64,000 bases of DNA from a virus (IMGVR_UViG_3300028584_001242), one strand, 5' to 3'; positions 8,950-17,285 are shown, counted from the first letter of the stretch. Notes: generated by a model not told the origin, from the sequence alone. A program made the numbers and translations.

Positions 8950-9018
8950 GATGACAAACCTCGTTAAAGAAAGACTTAAGCAAGACAGCAGTAGACTGGC
9001 TACTGCTTGGCTGGTTTA

Positions 9019-9153
9019 TTACTCGGCGTCTTGATGACGATTACGGCGTTTTTTACGAAAATCGTTATCTTTTTTGTGATATTTTGCCTGTTCAGTGTCT
9101 TTTTTCTTGCCGCCACGAAAACGTTCTACTGCGTCACCGAAAGAACCTTGCAT
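9019..9153 (-). CDS. small highly basic peptide, paralog 2 (44 aa, MQGSFGDAVERFRGGKKKDTEQAKYHKKDNDFRKKRRNRHQDAE)
   Basis: Hand-translated. AAAGGAT RBS. It sits behind the promoter-leader module at 9195..9275. Confidence 0.5.
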   Translation of the reverse strand: MQGSFGDAVERFRGGKKKDTEQAKYHKKDNDFRKKRRNRHQDAE

Positions 9154-9194
9154 GTTTTGTATCCTTTTAACTGGTTATGATAAGTAAGCATTAA

Positions 9195-9275
9195 CAAGGG
9201 TAAAGACTTACTGGGTTGCTCGCCCCTTGCCGCTTCAACATGGTTATTATATCAAAGTAAATCGTCAAAAACAAT
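9195..9275 (-). promoter_or_regulatory. repeated promoter-leader module (TGaTATAAT extended -10, leader hairpin CAAGGG...CCCTTG); copy of 39608..39690
   Basis: The -10 box is at plus 9246-9251 on the minus strand. The hairpin spans 9195-9229. The block matches 39620-39672 across about 45 nt. Confidence 0.5.
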
Positions 9276-9296
9276 CTTTTTATAGCAAAATACCAT

Positions 9297-9905
9297 TTAT
9301 ATTTCAGCCAAACCAGTTTTAAAGTAATTCGAAATAAGCAAAATGCGATACAAGTCTTTGACCTGACCAGTAGGATATTTTTGAATTTCTTCCTTGATCG
9401 GTGAATAATCAAATTCATAAAATCCCATAGGTTCTTTGGACATAATAACTTTAATCCAACGATAAGCCTTTTGAGCGTCACGATCAGAAAGAAACAACAT
9501 AAGTTCATTGTCTTTGTTAAGGATCGCGTCTTTCACTTCATATTTATAAAGCTTTGAGATATCAGCCAGCGAATTTTCAGCAGCCGCATACAAACCATCA
9601 AGACCAATCATGACGCGAAGTTCTTCAAGATGACAAGCATTTTCCAGAAAAGTCTTATCATGATCCGTAAATTCAGTGTGATGTGAAATAATCGTGGTTA
9701 ATGCCGCCACTTTATTGAGCATTCCGCCCATAATAAGGATGCTAAGTTCACCTTTTATGGATTCAATACAATTGCTGAAAAAACTATTTTTGAGTGGCCG
9801 AGTAAAGAATCCATTTTTTTCAAGGATTTTCCGTGCTTCACCAATATCCATGCCAAGTTTTATGCCGTAAGAAGAGTATTGAGTCATGATATAAAAAGTT
9901 CTCAT
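9297..9905 (-). CDS. hypothetical protein, 202 aa
   Basis: Listed ORF. A -10 box (GTTATAAT) lies only about 13 nt upstream, so the mRNA may be nearly leaderless. Confidence 0.45.
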   Translation of the reverse strand: MRTFYIMTQYSSYGIKLGMDIGEARKILEKNGFFTRPLKNSFFSNCIESIKGELSILIMGGMLNKVAALTTIISHHTEFTDHDKTFLENACHLEELRVMIGLDGLYAAAENSLADISKLYKYEVKDAILNKDNELMLFLSDRDAQKAYRWIKVIMSKEPMGFYEFDYSPIKEEIQKYPTGQVKDLYRILLISNYFKTGLAEI

Positions 9906-9966
9906 TGAAAAATATGCTTGATTATAACATTATTTTTGATAAAAGAAAAGCCCATGAATGGGCTTT

Positions 9967-10533
9967 TTAATTACGATATAAATCTGTTGGTGGCTGGTAA
10001 GTTGCCTCAATGACTACAAATAAATTATAGCTGTTCATTGGGGCTTGAACTTCGACCACCACATCACCTTTTTTGTATTTAGCCCCTGATGGTTTTGTTA
10101 AGTCTTCATACCCTGCAGCAAGAAGTTCACTTTTCGCTTTGTCATAAACTGATAGAGCATTTTTATAAAGTTCTGCTTTGTCAGCTAAATAAAGATCCTC
10201 TGAACGGACTACATCACTAAATGTATAAGTGATTTTACCACTTCTTACGATACCATTAATATACTCATATTCGACTTCTGGGTTAATACGTTCGCCTTTT
10301 TCTACGACAAGTGTTTTCGACAAGATACTGTCAGTATTTGTAGAGACATCAGTAACGGTAATTTGCTTTCCATCTTCTGATGAACGGTAGACTTTGAAAG
10401 ATGGATATTTACCCACCTGTGAAGCCATCTGTGAGCCATTGACAGGGTAGTTAACAGACGCCGGGGCTTCGGCATACACTTGCGAACAAAGTGCGAATGA
10501 CAGGCCAATGAAAGCCAATAAACGATTAATCAT
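9967..10533 (-). CDS. secreted protein with signal peptide, 188 aa
   Basis: N-terminus MINRLLAFIGLSFALCSQVYA. AGGAG RBS. Confidence 0.6.
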   Translation of the reverse strand: MINRLLAFIGLSFALCSQVYAEAPASVNYPVNGSQMASQVGKYPSFKVYRSSEDGKQITVTDVSTNTDSILSKTLVVEKGERINPEVEYEYINGIVRSGKITYTFSDVVRSEDLYLADKAELYKNALSVYDKAKSELLAAGYEDLTKPSGAKYKKGDVVVEVQAPMNSYNLFVVIEATYQPPTDLYRN

Positions 10534-10566
10534 AAAAAAACACTCCTATAAGAAAATAAAATTTAG

Positions 10567-10597
10567 AAACAAAAAAGCCCCATCGCTGGGGCTTTAT
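10567..10597 (-). terminator. terminator AGCCCCA-tcgc-TGGGGCT
   Basis: Hairpin with a T-run on the minus strand. Confidence 0.55.
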
Positions 10598-10598
10598 A

Positions 10599-10865
10599 TT
10601 ACGAACTTTTTACAGTAAAAGAGTCCGATGTCACTTCTGAACCATCAAGAGAAAGTGCGATTCGATAACCAGAGTAATCGTAATCATAGTAATCTGAGCA
10701 ACTAAGCTCAAACGACACATCTTCTTTGACAATGGACACAACAGCAGCCCTCAACTCAACATCAGCTTCCATCATACCAATAATGGAATCTTTCAACAGT
10801 TCGGTAACAGCCGAACGCACATCAACATCAGTTTGTAGCAAGTGAATCAGTTCTGTTTTGGTCAT
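10599..10865 (-). CDS. acidic hypothetical protein, 88 aa
   Basis: GAGGAT RBS. Confidence 0.5.
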   Translation of the reverse strand: MTKTELIHLLQTDVDVRSAVTELLKDSIIGMMEADVELRAAVVSIVKEDVSFELSCSDYYDYDYSGYRIALSLDGSEVTSDSFTVKSS

Positions 10866-10996
10866 AATAGTATCCTCAGTAGACTATCTAAACGAAAGCT
10901 TGAGGTATTCGACTACAGAACGTTAACGGTATTGATATTAGCAAAGAAATGAAAAAACGTCAAGCTCTTTCAGTTTCTTGCTATATCAATTTCCTA

Positions 10997-11188
10997 TCAT
11001 TCGGATTTTTGTTTGTCGAGAGCTTCTTTTGCATCCATTTCTTCCGCCATACGATCATAGACATCCGCATCCTGATCGCCACAACGGCAAATACAATAGA
11101 TCACTTCATGAGCCTCGATCTGAGTGTTACAGCCGGGGCAGATACCAAATACTTCTTCAACTGGATTAGGGTTCGGGGCGAGTGGCAT
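10997..11188 (-). CDS. zinc-ribbon protein, 63 aa (CPGC...CICRCG)
   Basis: GGAGAA RBS. Four-Cys motif. Confidence 0.5.
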   Translation of the reverse strand: MPLAPNPNPVEEVFGICPGCNTQIEAHEVIYCICRCGDQDADVYDRMAEEMDAKEALDKQKSE

Positions 11189-11340
11189 AATGTTAGTTCT
11201 CCGTTATTTGATGTTTCTATTATAGCACTTTCAGCCAAATTAGACAATAAAAACTTTCAAAAATCAGCCACTTGCAATCAAAAATAACAGGAGTATACTT
11301 ATAAATTAGATAGCAAGCTAACAATATAAAAGGTGATAAA

Positions 11341-11499
11341 ATGAAGAAAGAAAACGTGAAAAAAGAAATGACTGGATTAGTTTTAAGTGTGTTTATGGGA
11401 TTATTTGGCACTGGTGTTATGGCCGAAGATAACTCAAAAACAAGTGATATAAAAAGCGAAGCGACCACCCAGATAGATTCTAAAAAGCTTCAAAAGTAA
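11341..11499 (+). CDS. small secreted peptide, 52 aa, with signal peptide
   Basis: Hand-translated MKKENVKKEMTGLVLSVFMGLFGTGVMAEDNSK... AAGGTGA RBS. Plus-strand island. Confidence 0.4.
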   Translation: MKKENVKKEMTGLVLSVFMGLFGTGVMAEDNSKTSDIKSEATTQIDSKKLQK

Positions 11500-11509
11500 T
11501 AGAAAAATC

Positions 11510-11538
11510 TTGTTTTTGCTTTAAGTATTAGGTATAAT
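11510..11538 (+). promoter_or_regulatory. sigma70-like promoter TTGTTT-N17-TATAAT
   Basis: Upstream of the plus-strand gene 11569..11778. Confidence 0.45.
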
Positions 11539-11568
11539 AGCCACACAAACCAAAGAGGCTTTAATATC

Positions 11569-11778
11569 ATGGCAAAGAATCAACTGAACGAACATCCGGT
11601 AACAGAACAGATGTTGGAAGGTTTTGAAGTAGGCCAACCGATTGCCCGCTATTGCTTTTTCGTCAACCTGACATTTAAAGGCATTGAAGACGGTAATGTC
11701 GTCATTGCCGACTGCAATGGTGATACCAAGAAACATCCAAAATGGCTCTTTTTGAAGCACGCCCGAGTGGCTAAGTAG
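11569..11778 (+). CDS. hypothetical protein, 69 aa
   Basis: AAAGAGG RBS, followed by a plus-strand terminator. Confidence 0.5.
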   Translation: MAKNQLNEHPVTEQMLEGFEVGQPIARYCFFVNLTFKGIEDGNVVIADCNGDTKKHPKWLFLKHARVAK

Positions 11779-11800
11779 TTTTTCCAACAGTAATAAAAAA

Positions 11801-11824
11801 GGCCCGCAGAAGCGGGCTTTTTGT
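11801..11824 (+). terminator. terminator GCCCGC-agaa-GCGGGC plus T6
   Basis: Hairpin with T-run. Confidence 0.6.
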
Positions 11825-11871
11825 TATCTATAATATTAGTAGTGAAAAGTGATTATTATTCAAAATTAAGA

Positions 11872-11898
11872 AAACAAAAAACCGCCAAGAAGGCGGTT
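11872..11898 (-). terminator. terminator ACCGCC-UUCUU-GGCGGU plus U-run (minus strand)
   Basis: It ends the tRNA-like transcription unit. Confidence 0.55.
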
Positions 11899-11917
11899 CG
11901 TTTGTATCTTAAATTAG

Positions 11918-11990
11918 GAGGACCGACTGGGACTCGAACCCAGAATTCATCCGGTTAAGGACGCTTGTTCCCGTTAAACACCACCGGCCC
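11918..11990 (-). tRNA. tRNA-like gene with a contracted 6-nt anticodon loop (possible non-canonical tRNA or pseudo-tRNA)
   Basis: Acceptor GGGCCGG/TCGGTCC with two G-U pairs, D-arm TGTT-TAACGGG-AACA, canonical T-arm CTGGG-TTCGAGT-CCCAG. The anticodon arm folds only as CGTCC-TTAACC-GGATG. It has its own consensus promoter and terminator. Confidence 0.5.
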
Positions 11991-12036
11991 ATATATTACA
12001 TGTATCAAGATTTAGTTGCTTCGTCTTGATGTGATT

Positions 12037-12065
12037 ATTATATAGAAAACAGGCGTAGCTGTCAA
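12037..12065 (-). promoter_or_regulatory. consensus sigma70 promoter module C: TTGACA-N17-TATAAT plus leader AATCACATCAAGACGAAGC
   Basis: The -35 box is at plus 12060-12065 and the -10 box at plus 12037-12042. It drives the tRNA-like gene. Confidence 0.65.
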
Positions 12066-12121
12066 CAAGATCATCAATTATTTTGAAAAGAAAATAGTCT
12101 TTTTATGATGATAAAAAGGTT

Positions 12122-12150
12122 GCATTTAACTGACAAATTTGATAGTATAG
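12122..12150 (+). promoter_or_regulatory. sigma70-like promoter TTGCAT-N17-TAGTAT, divergent from module C
   Basis: Read from the sequence. Confidence 0.4.
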
Positions 12151-12156
12151 CTTTGG

Positions 12157-12331
12157 AGATGCGGGATGAGAAGAAACTCATCTTTCAGGGTTGTTGTTTA
12201 GCATCCGATGACCATTCAGAGGCTCTGCCGACATGGTAGCTCGTCATACGCTGGTGATGTATGATGGAAAACCGCACCGCATAAAAGGAGTCCAATCTTC
12301 TTTTTGGGAGAGGCTAAATGCCTCTTTTTTT
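12157..12331 (+). ncRNA. candidate small RNA N1 (about 170 nt, GC-rich island between promoter and terminator)
   Basis: No ORF longer than 26 aa. Terminator GAGAGGC-taaat-GCCTCTT plus T8. Contains GCATCCGATGACC and UUUUUGGGAGAGG motifs shared with N2 and N3. Confidence 0.4.
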
Positions 12332-12384
12332 TCGTCTATGAAAAACTAATAAGCATAAAAAAGCCACCGAAGTAGCTTTAATCA

Positions 12385-13158
12385 TTATGGTAAAGGCGTG
12401 TAATAGCGATCTGGATGAATCATATCGATCAAAAAGATGAACTCTTTCTTATTTGCAGACTCACTAGCTTTGAACTCAACCAGTAAGGCGTTATAGAAAG
12501 ATTTATAGTCAGCCAACGAAACAAAACCACCTGTATCACTCAACATCTTTTTAAAAGATCCTACTGATTGTGGAAGTGGAAGTAGATCGACAATCTCAAT
12601 GATCTTAGTCGATTTGAAATCCATTAACTTTAAGGCATCCAAGTTATTGGAGATTTCTTTCAATGTTGAATAATCATGAGTTGCGAGAGCTTTTGAGAAT
12701 TTAACGCCAATAGGTGACTGTGCAAAATTTGGGTTTGCTTTTACTGAACTATCATAAAGACGACTAATAGGAGCATACATGAACTCATCAGTGCTTTGGT
12801 ATTGGTAAGCAATCATTCCAACTGGAATAAGTGAAACCACTGTATATAAAATAGATCTTGACCAGCTTATTCTATTTATCCAAGAAAAAATCGTATATAA
12901 AATAAGAAAACAATATAAAATACCAAACATCATCATAATATAAAAGAAAGACTGATCTACACTAAATGGGGCAACTTTCGCATATTGATAATCACTAGTT
13001 AAAGCCACTTTATGATTGATTAACGCCACTACTGTACTGGTGGATGTATATAATAAAAACATTGTTACAAGAACAAAAACAGCTCCTGTCATATAAATTT
13101 GAAAATTAGAATGTTTTCGTTCAATAGTGGTTTTATCAACTTCTTTTGAATTATCCAT
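12385..13158 (-). CDS. polytopic membrane protein, 257 aa
   Basis: Multiple hydrophobic helices. AGGAG RBS. AT-rich. Confidence 0.6.
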   Translation of the reverse strand: MDNSKEVDKTTIERKHSNFQIYMTGAVFVLVTMFLLYTSTSTVVALINHKVALTSDYQYAKVAPFSVDQSFFYIMMMFGILYCFLILYTIFSWINRISWSRSILYTVVSLIPVGMIAYQYQSTDEFMYAPISRLYDSSVKANPNFAQSPIGVKFSKALATHDYSTLKEISNNLDALKLMDFKSTKIIEIVDLLPLPQSVGSFKKMLSDTGGFVSLADYKSFYNALLVEFKASESANKKEFIFLIDMIHPDRYYTPLP

Positions 13159-13263
13159 GATTATGCTCCTATTTTAGTTCTTTAAATACTCGCATGAAAT
13201 AGAAAAAAGTCAAATAATAGACAACAAAAAACCCGCCGAAGCGGGTCTATTTAAGTGTTATTA

Positions 13264-13605
13264 TTAGCAACGACGCCCATTACGATGGTCTTTGCCATAA
13301 GGCTGTGTAAACTTGTGGTAGTAGCGTGCTGCTGGGTTTGGTTTTGCCCGAAGGTCGAAAGCATGACGTTGATAAGCTTCCATTTCAAGGCATTCATGAA
13401 TAAGAATGCTGTTGATTTCATCAATTTTCATTGGTCTGCAAAGTTCAGCAAAAAAATCACCAACAGGGCATGCATGCTCATCAACCAATAAGATTTGCTT
13501 ATGAGCTTCACGCTCAGTCACAGCAACAATTTTATGATCGGGTAGGCGTTCCTGCAGAACACGAATAACATCAATATCACCACCAACAACAAGAATTTTA
13601 CGCAT
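13264..13605 (-). CDS. hypothetical protein, about 113 aa
   Basis: Start MRKILVVGG... after a GGAG RBS. TGTTATAAT -10 box upstream. Confidence 0.5.
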   Translation of the reverse strand: MRKILVVGGDIDVIRVLQERLPDHKIVAVTEREAHKQILLVDEHACPVGDFFAELCRPMKIDEINSILIHECLEMEAYQRHAFDLRAKPNPAARYYHKFTQPYGKDHRNGRRC

Positions 13606-13702
13606 TTTTAAAGCTCCGTTCGATGATTTGTTGAAGTAATTATAACACAATGAGAATCAAAAAAAAAGCCTATCAAGCGATAGGCTGTAAAAAATGTTCA
13701 TT

Positions 13703-13927
13703 TTAAACCGAAGCGGAAAGCTCAGCGATATGCAAATCAAGAGCTTTCTTGGCCTTATTGAAGTCGTCCCACAAGATCGCCAACTTTTGAGCTTCTGGTG
13801 TGTCTACCAACAGATCTTTGGTGGGATAAGCAGGATCGATATGCAGCAAACCACCGGCTTCATGAAGACGCAAAACTTTCGCAATGCTCATTTTGTCAGG
13901 AACGTTAGTGTGAACAGGCTGGCTCAT
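13703..13927 (-). CDS. hypothetical protein, 74 aa
   Basis: AGGAG RBS. Confidence 0.5.
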   Translation of the reverse strand: MSQPVHTNVPDKMSIAKVLRLHEAGGLLHIDPAYPTKDLLVDTPEAQKLAILWDDFNKAKKALDLHIAELSASV

Positions 13928-13992
13928 GGTGCAAACTCCTACAAGGTGGGAAGGTCTTCATTATACAACAAAGACCTTGATATTGAAAGCTT

Positions 13993-14595
13993 TTATTCTG
14001 CTGGCACCAAACCTTTTGCAATTGCCATCGAAACGCCGATGATGGCACTGCAAGTGCGGATTTCACCACTTTCAATCATCTTCATGGTGTCTTCACGACT
14101 GATTTTGATAATTTGAATGTCTTCATCATCAATACCATGCGAACGGGTCAGATCAAAAGAAGAAGAGTCCACATAGGCGAAGTAGGTATGGTGCATTTCG
14201 TTGGAGATACCCGCACTGGTGTAGCCTTTGCACAGGTAGCGAATATCTTCCATCTTAATCAGCATATTGGTTTCTTCTTGGCCTTCACGCTGAGCCGCTA
14301 CCATCGGATCTTCTTTTGGATCGATGTGACCAGCTACAGGCTCAATAACCCAAGCGTCAGTTTCATCAGGATGTTTGAAAGCACCCATGCGGAATTGTTT
14401 AACAAAAATAAACTCATCAGTCGCTTTATCATACAGGGTCAGGCAAATAGCCGACGCCTTGCAAACAACAAAATGATTGATATCCTTGGTGCCACCAAAA
14501 ACACTTTCATACGAACCTTTCACTTGTTCAAGCCGAAGGAAAGAACGCTCAAAGTGAGAGATGATGTCAGTAGTGTTAAAAACTGGAATGGTCAT
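13993..14595 (-). CDS. Nudix hydrolase (ADP-ribose pyrophosphatase-like)
   Basis: Nudix box GHIDPKEDPMVAAQREGQEETN. AAGGAG RBS. Confidence 0.85.
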   Translation of the reverse strand: MTIPVFNTTDIISHFERSFLRLEQVKGSYESVFGGTKDINHFVVCKASAICLTLYDKATDEFIFVKQFRMGAFKHPDETDAWVIEPVAGHIDPKEDPMVAAQREGQEETNMLIKMEDIRYLCKGYTSAGISNEMHHTYFAYVDSSSFDLTRSHGIDDEDIQIIKISREDTMKMIESGEIRTCSAIIGVSMAIAKGLVPAE

Positions 14596-14653
14596 AAAGT
14601 TGTAACTCCTTGGTCATTTTATGTCTTGCGAACAGCGTTATTATAAATGAATC

Positions 14654-14857
14654 TTACTGACAAAAGAAGACTCTTTGTTCTTCTTTAAATTCTCGTTGAA
14701 CGGGCATTAAAAATGGTTCATCATCAACATGCCCGCCAAAACCACCACGCGGAAAATCAAAATGAAGATCGCTCGAAACAGAAAACTTAACAGGAGCAAT
14801 TTTGCCATCTGGGGTGATATGGACAACACCTTCACGTTTAATTGTTTTATTGGTCAT
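14654..14857 (-). CDS. hypothetical protein, 67 aa
   Basis: AGGAG RBS. Confidence 0.45.
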   Translation of the reverse strand: MTNKTIKREGVVHITPDGKIAPVKFSVSSDLHFDFPRGGFGGHVDDEPFLMPVQREFKEEQRVFFCQ

Positions 14858-14927
14858 ACGATATAACTCCTGATTGATAATCTATTATACACCAAAAAAT
14901 CATGTTTTAGCAATAATTTTCTATGAT

Positions 14928-15734
14928 TTAGATCTCAATCATGTCTAAAAGAAGCTTGTCACGCTGAGTTGGAATGGTGGCAGGTTTCACGCCAGTCATA
15001 AAACCAATCAAATCGACAGTCAGATTTTTAAAAAGTTCATCTTTGGAAACAAACTTAAAAACATTCATAATTTTATCAACTTTCATCGGAGAGATATTAA
15101 AAATAATACCATCCTCTCTTGGTTGATAGTTGTAGTACAGATGGTTCTTATCATACCCAATAAAAACGTTAACGACCTCGTTCTCATAAATAGAAGAGAC
15201 TTTTACTCGACTGATAAATATGTCGTCATGGCCTTCTCGTTTCAGAATATAAGTGGAATGTTCAAAACGACTGTTTTTATATTGACTATTCCTTATGAAC
15301 TCATACTCATTGTGCAATGTGCCTTTTTTACCTTGAATCAAACCAATTGAAGCATTCAACATCCCCAGCTCATTTTTAGGGGCTGGGTAATAATAGGAAG
15401 CCATGTAAGCCACTTGCAAAACGTGATTGCTCAAATCCAAAAATTGTTCAGGAATATGGATGTTCAGGCTTTCAATATAGGAGCTATTGAACAACATGAT
15501 GCCTTTATTGTCGTCGGCAAGAATACCAATATCTTCGCCAGCATAACGAAGAAGATCATAATCACTATCAACGAAAAAACGATTCCACGTTTTTCGGTCA
15601 GGTGTGGCTTTCATCATATCTCGCATAAACCAAGCCAAACGATTATTCACAGGACAGAGAGCATTGATATAGAAACTATCAATCTTGTCTGAAAAGTATT
15701 TTCGCGTTGCGGTAATGGGATTGCTGATAGCCAT
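14928..15734 (-). CDS. hypothetical protein, about 268 aa
   Basis: Internal start MAISNPI with a perfect AGGAGGA RBS. The listed 382 aa ORF is a run-on. Confidence 0.55.
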   Translation of the reverse strand: MAISNPITATRKYFSDKIDSFYINALCPVNNRLAWFMRDMMKATPDRKTWNRFFVDSDYDLLRYAGEDIGILADDNKGIMLFNSSYIESLNIHIPEQFLDLSNHVLQVAYMASYYYPAPKNELGMLNASIGLIQGKKGTLHNEYEFIRNSQYKNSRFEHSTYILKREGHDDIFISRVKVSSIYENEVVNVFIGYDKNHLYYNYQPREDGIIFNISPMKVDKIMNVFKFVSKDELFKNLTVDLIGFMTGVKPATIPTQRDKLLLDMIEI

Positions 15735-15822
15735 AAATCCTCCTAATTTGGCGTAATTATAGCACAAAATTAAGTTTAATGGAACAAAAAACCGCCAAGA
15801 AGGCGGCTTTTGATAGTATTTT

Positions 15823-16317
15823 TTAAGCAGCTTCGGCAACCATTTCGCGTTTTTTCTTCCGTTCTTCTCTTTTTCTTGCAATGACAACAGGATCTCGACG
15901 TTCACGTTTTTTTTGCTTTTTGGCTTCCATCCTTGCCTCAAAATCGAGCATTTGGACAGCAAGTTCATCCAATGTGATAACCTGATGACCTTTTGTAGTA
16001 TTGCAGTGACAGCACATCGGCTGAAGGTTTTCAAGTTCATTGCTACCGCCATTTTTCTTAGCAGTAATATGGTCAATAGTCATCAAAACCATATCGTCAG
16101 TAAACAAGTCCCAATGCCCACCACCTTGGCTATCTCGGGAGAAAATCAACCGATTTCCGACATTCTGGCAGTTGGGCGTTACACATGCCAAGCCTTTATG
16201 GAAAAAGACACGAAGTCGTCGGTGATTTTCGAAAGCATGAATACCATTGGCTGAACGTTCACGAATAAACTTATAATTACAGCTCTGAATGTTATCACCT
16301 TTCTTGAAAGTCTTCAT
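15823..16317 (-). CDS. HNH endonuclease (homing-endonuclease-like), 164 aa
   Basis: Motif DHITAKKNGGSNELENLQPMCCHCN. Basic C-terminal tail. Confidence 0.8.
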   Translation of the reverse strand: MKTFKKGDNIQSCNYKFIRERSANGIHAFENHRRLRVFFHKGLACVTPNCQNVGNRLIFSRDSQGGGHWDLFTDDMVLMTIDHITAKKNGGSNELENLQPMCCHCNTTKGHQVITLDELAVQMLDFEARMEAKKQKKRERRDPVVIARKREERKKKREMVAEAA

Positions 16318-16329
16318 ATTCTGAATTCC

Positions 16330-16806
16330 TTAGACGGTTTCTGGAACTTCGGATTGCTGACGACGTTCAGCACGACGGTCTTCTTTGGCTTGTTTCTTGG
16401 CAATTCTTCTAGCTTCTTTGTTTTTTTTGTTCTCGACTACCAACAAGGCAAGTTCATCCAGTGTAATGTTCTGATTTTTTTTGAATGACTTGCAAACAAT
16501 ACACATTGGTTGCAAGTTGGAAAGTTCATCGTTGCCGCCATTGAATTTAGGAACAATATGATCAACAGCCATCAAAATAGCATCATCAGTGTAAACATCC
16601 CAATGCTTACCACCTTGGGGGTCAAGAGAAAAAATAAGTCGAGTGCCAACATGATTGCAATTAGGAGTTACACACGCAACACCTTTATTGACAAAGACTT
16701 TGAGACGACGATGATCTTCAAACATCTGCAAAGCAACCAAGTTACCTTCATAGACATAAGAAAAATTACAACCGGGGATTTTGTCGTCTTTTTGAAAGGT
16801 TTTCAT
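16330..16806 (-). CDS. HNH endonuclease paralog, 158 aa
   Basis: Motif DHIVPKFNGGNDELSNLQPMCIVCK. Paralog of 15823..16317. Confidence 0.8.
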   Translation of the reverse strand: MKTFQKDDKIPGCNFSYVYEGNLVALQMFEDHRRLKVFVNKGVACVTPNCNHVGTRLIFSLDPQGGKHWDVYTDDAILMAVDHIVPKFNGGNDELSNLQPMCIVCKSFKKNQNITLDELALLVVENKKNKEARRIAKKQAKEDRRAERRQQSEVPETV

Positions 16807-16859
16807 CGAAATTGCCTTGTTCTATTGAAGTTGAGTCTATTGTAACAGAAAAAAGAGGT

Positions 16860-17285
16860 TCAATCCACACATAAATCAGTTTTTTGAGTAAAAAGATAAG
16901 GCTCTGCTGTGATTTTAATGATGGTTGAATTCACCAAAAATTTTGCCGTCACTAATGAATGACGATGAACCACCACCCCTGAAATGATGGTGCCACGGTA
17001 ATTGAAGTCAACCTTTGAGCCTTTTTTCAATGTCGAAAACTCTTGTGCATAACAGGCTTTAAAATCATCTGGCATGTTATTCAATTGGCGTTTTTTAAAC
17101 TGCTGTTCATCAATACGAGTGGCATGAATAGATTCTGCTAATGGAGCACAATATTTTAAGTAATATTTACTATATGCTGTTGCCGGTTTAAAAAGAACAA
17201 TACGTTCATCTTTAGCGACAAAAGCAAGGTATGAATCACTAAATTGGTGATACTCGAAAATATCACCCACCTGCAAAAAAGTCAT
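16860..17285 (-). CDS. hypothetical protein, 141 aa
   Basis: ATGA start/stop overlap with the upstream gene. Confidence 0.5.
   Translation of the reverse strand: MTFLQVGDIFEYHQFSDSYLAFVAKDERIVLFKPATAYSKYYLKYCAPLAESIHATRIDEQQFKKRQLNNMPDDFKACYAQEFSTLKKGSKVDFNYRGTIISGVVVHRHSLVTAKFLVNSTIIKITAEPYLFTQKTDLCVD

Noticed and set aside
11921-11995. Assigning a definite isotype or anticodon (for example Leu-UAA) to the tRNA-like genes
   Set aside because: The 6-nt loop makes the anticodon position ambiguous by hand. This is left as tRNA-like rather than over-called.
14928-16076. 382-aa ORF spanning into the HNH gene
   Set aside because: It overlaps 15823..16317 (HNH, clear motif). A perfect AGGAGGA RBS precedes the internal ATG at 15734, so the gene is 14928..15734.
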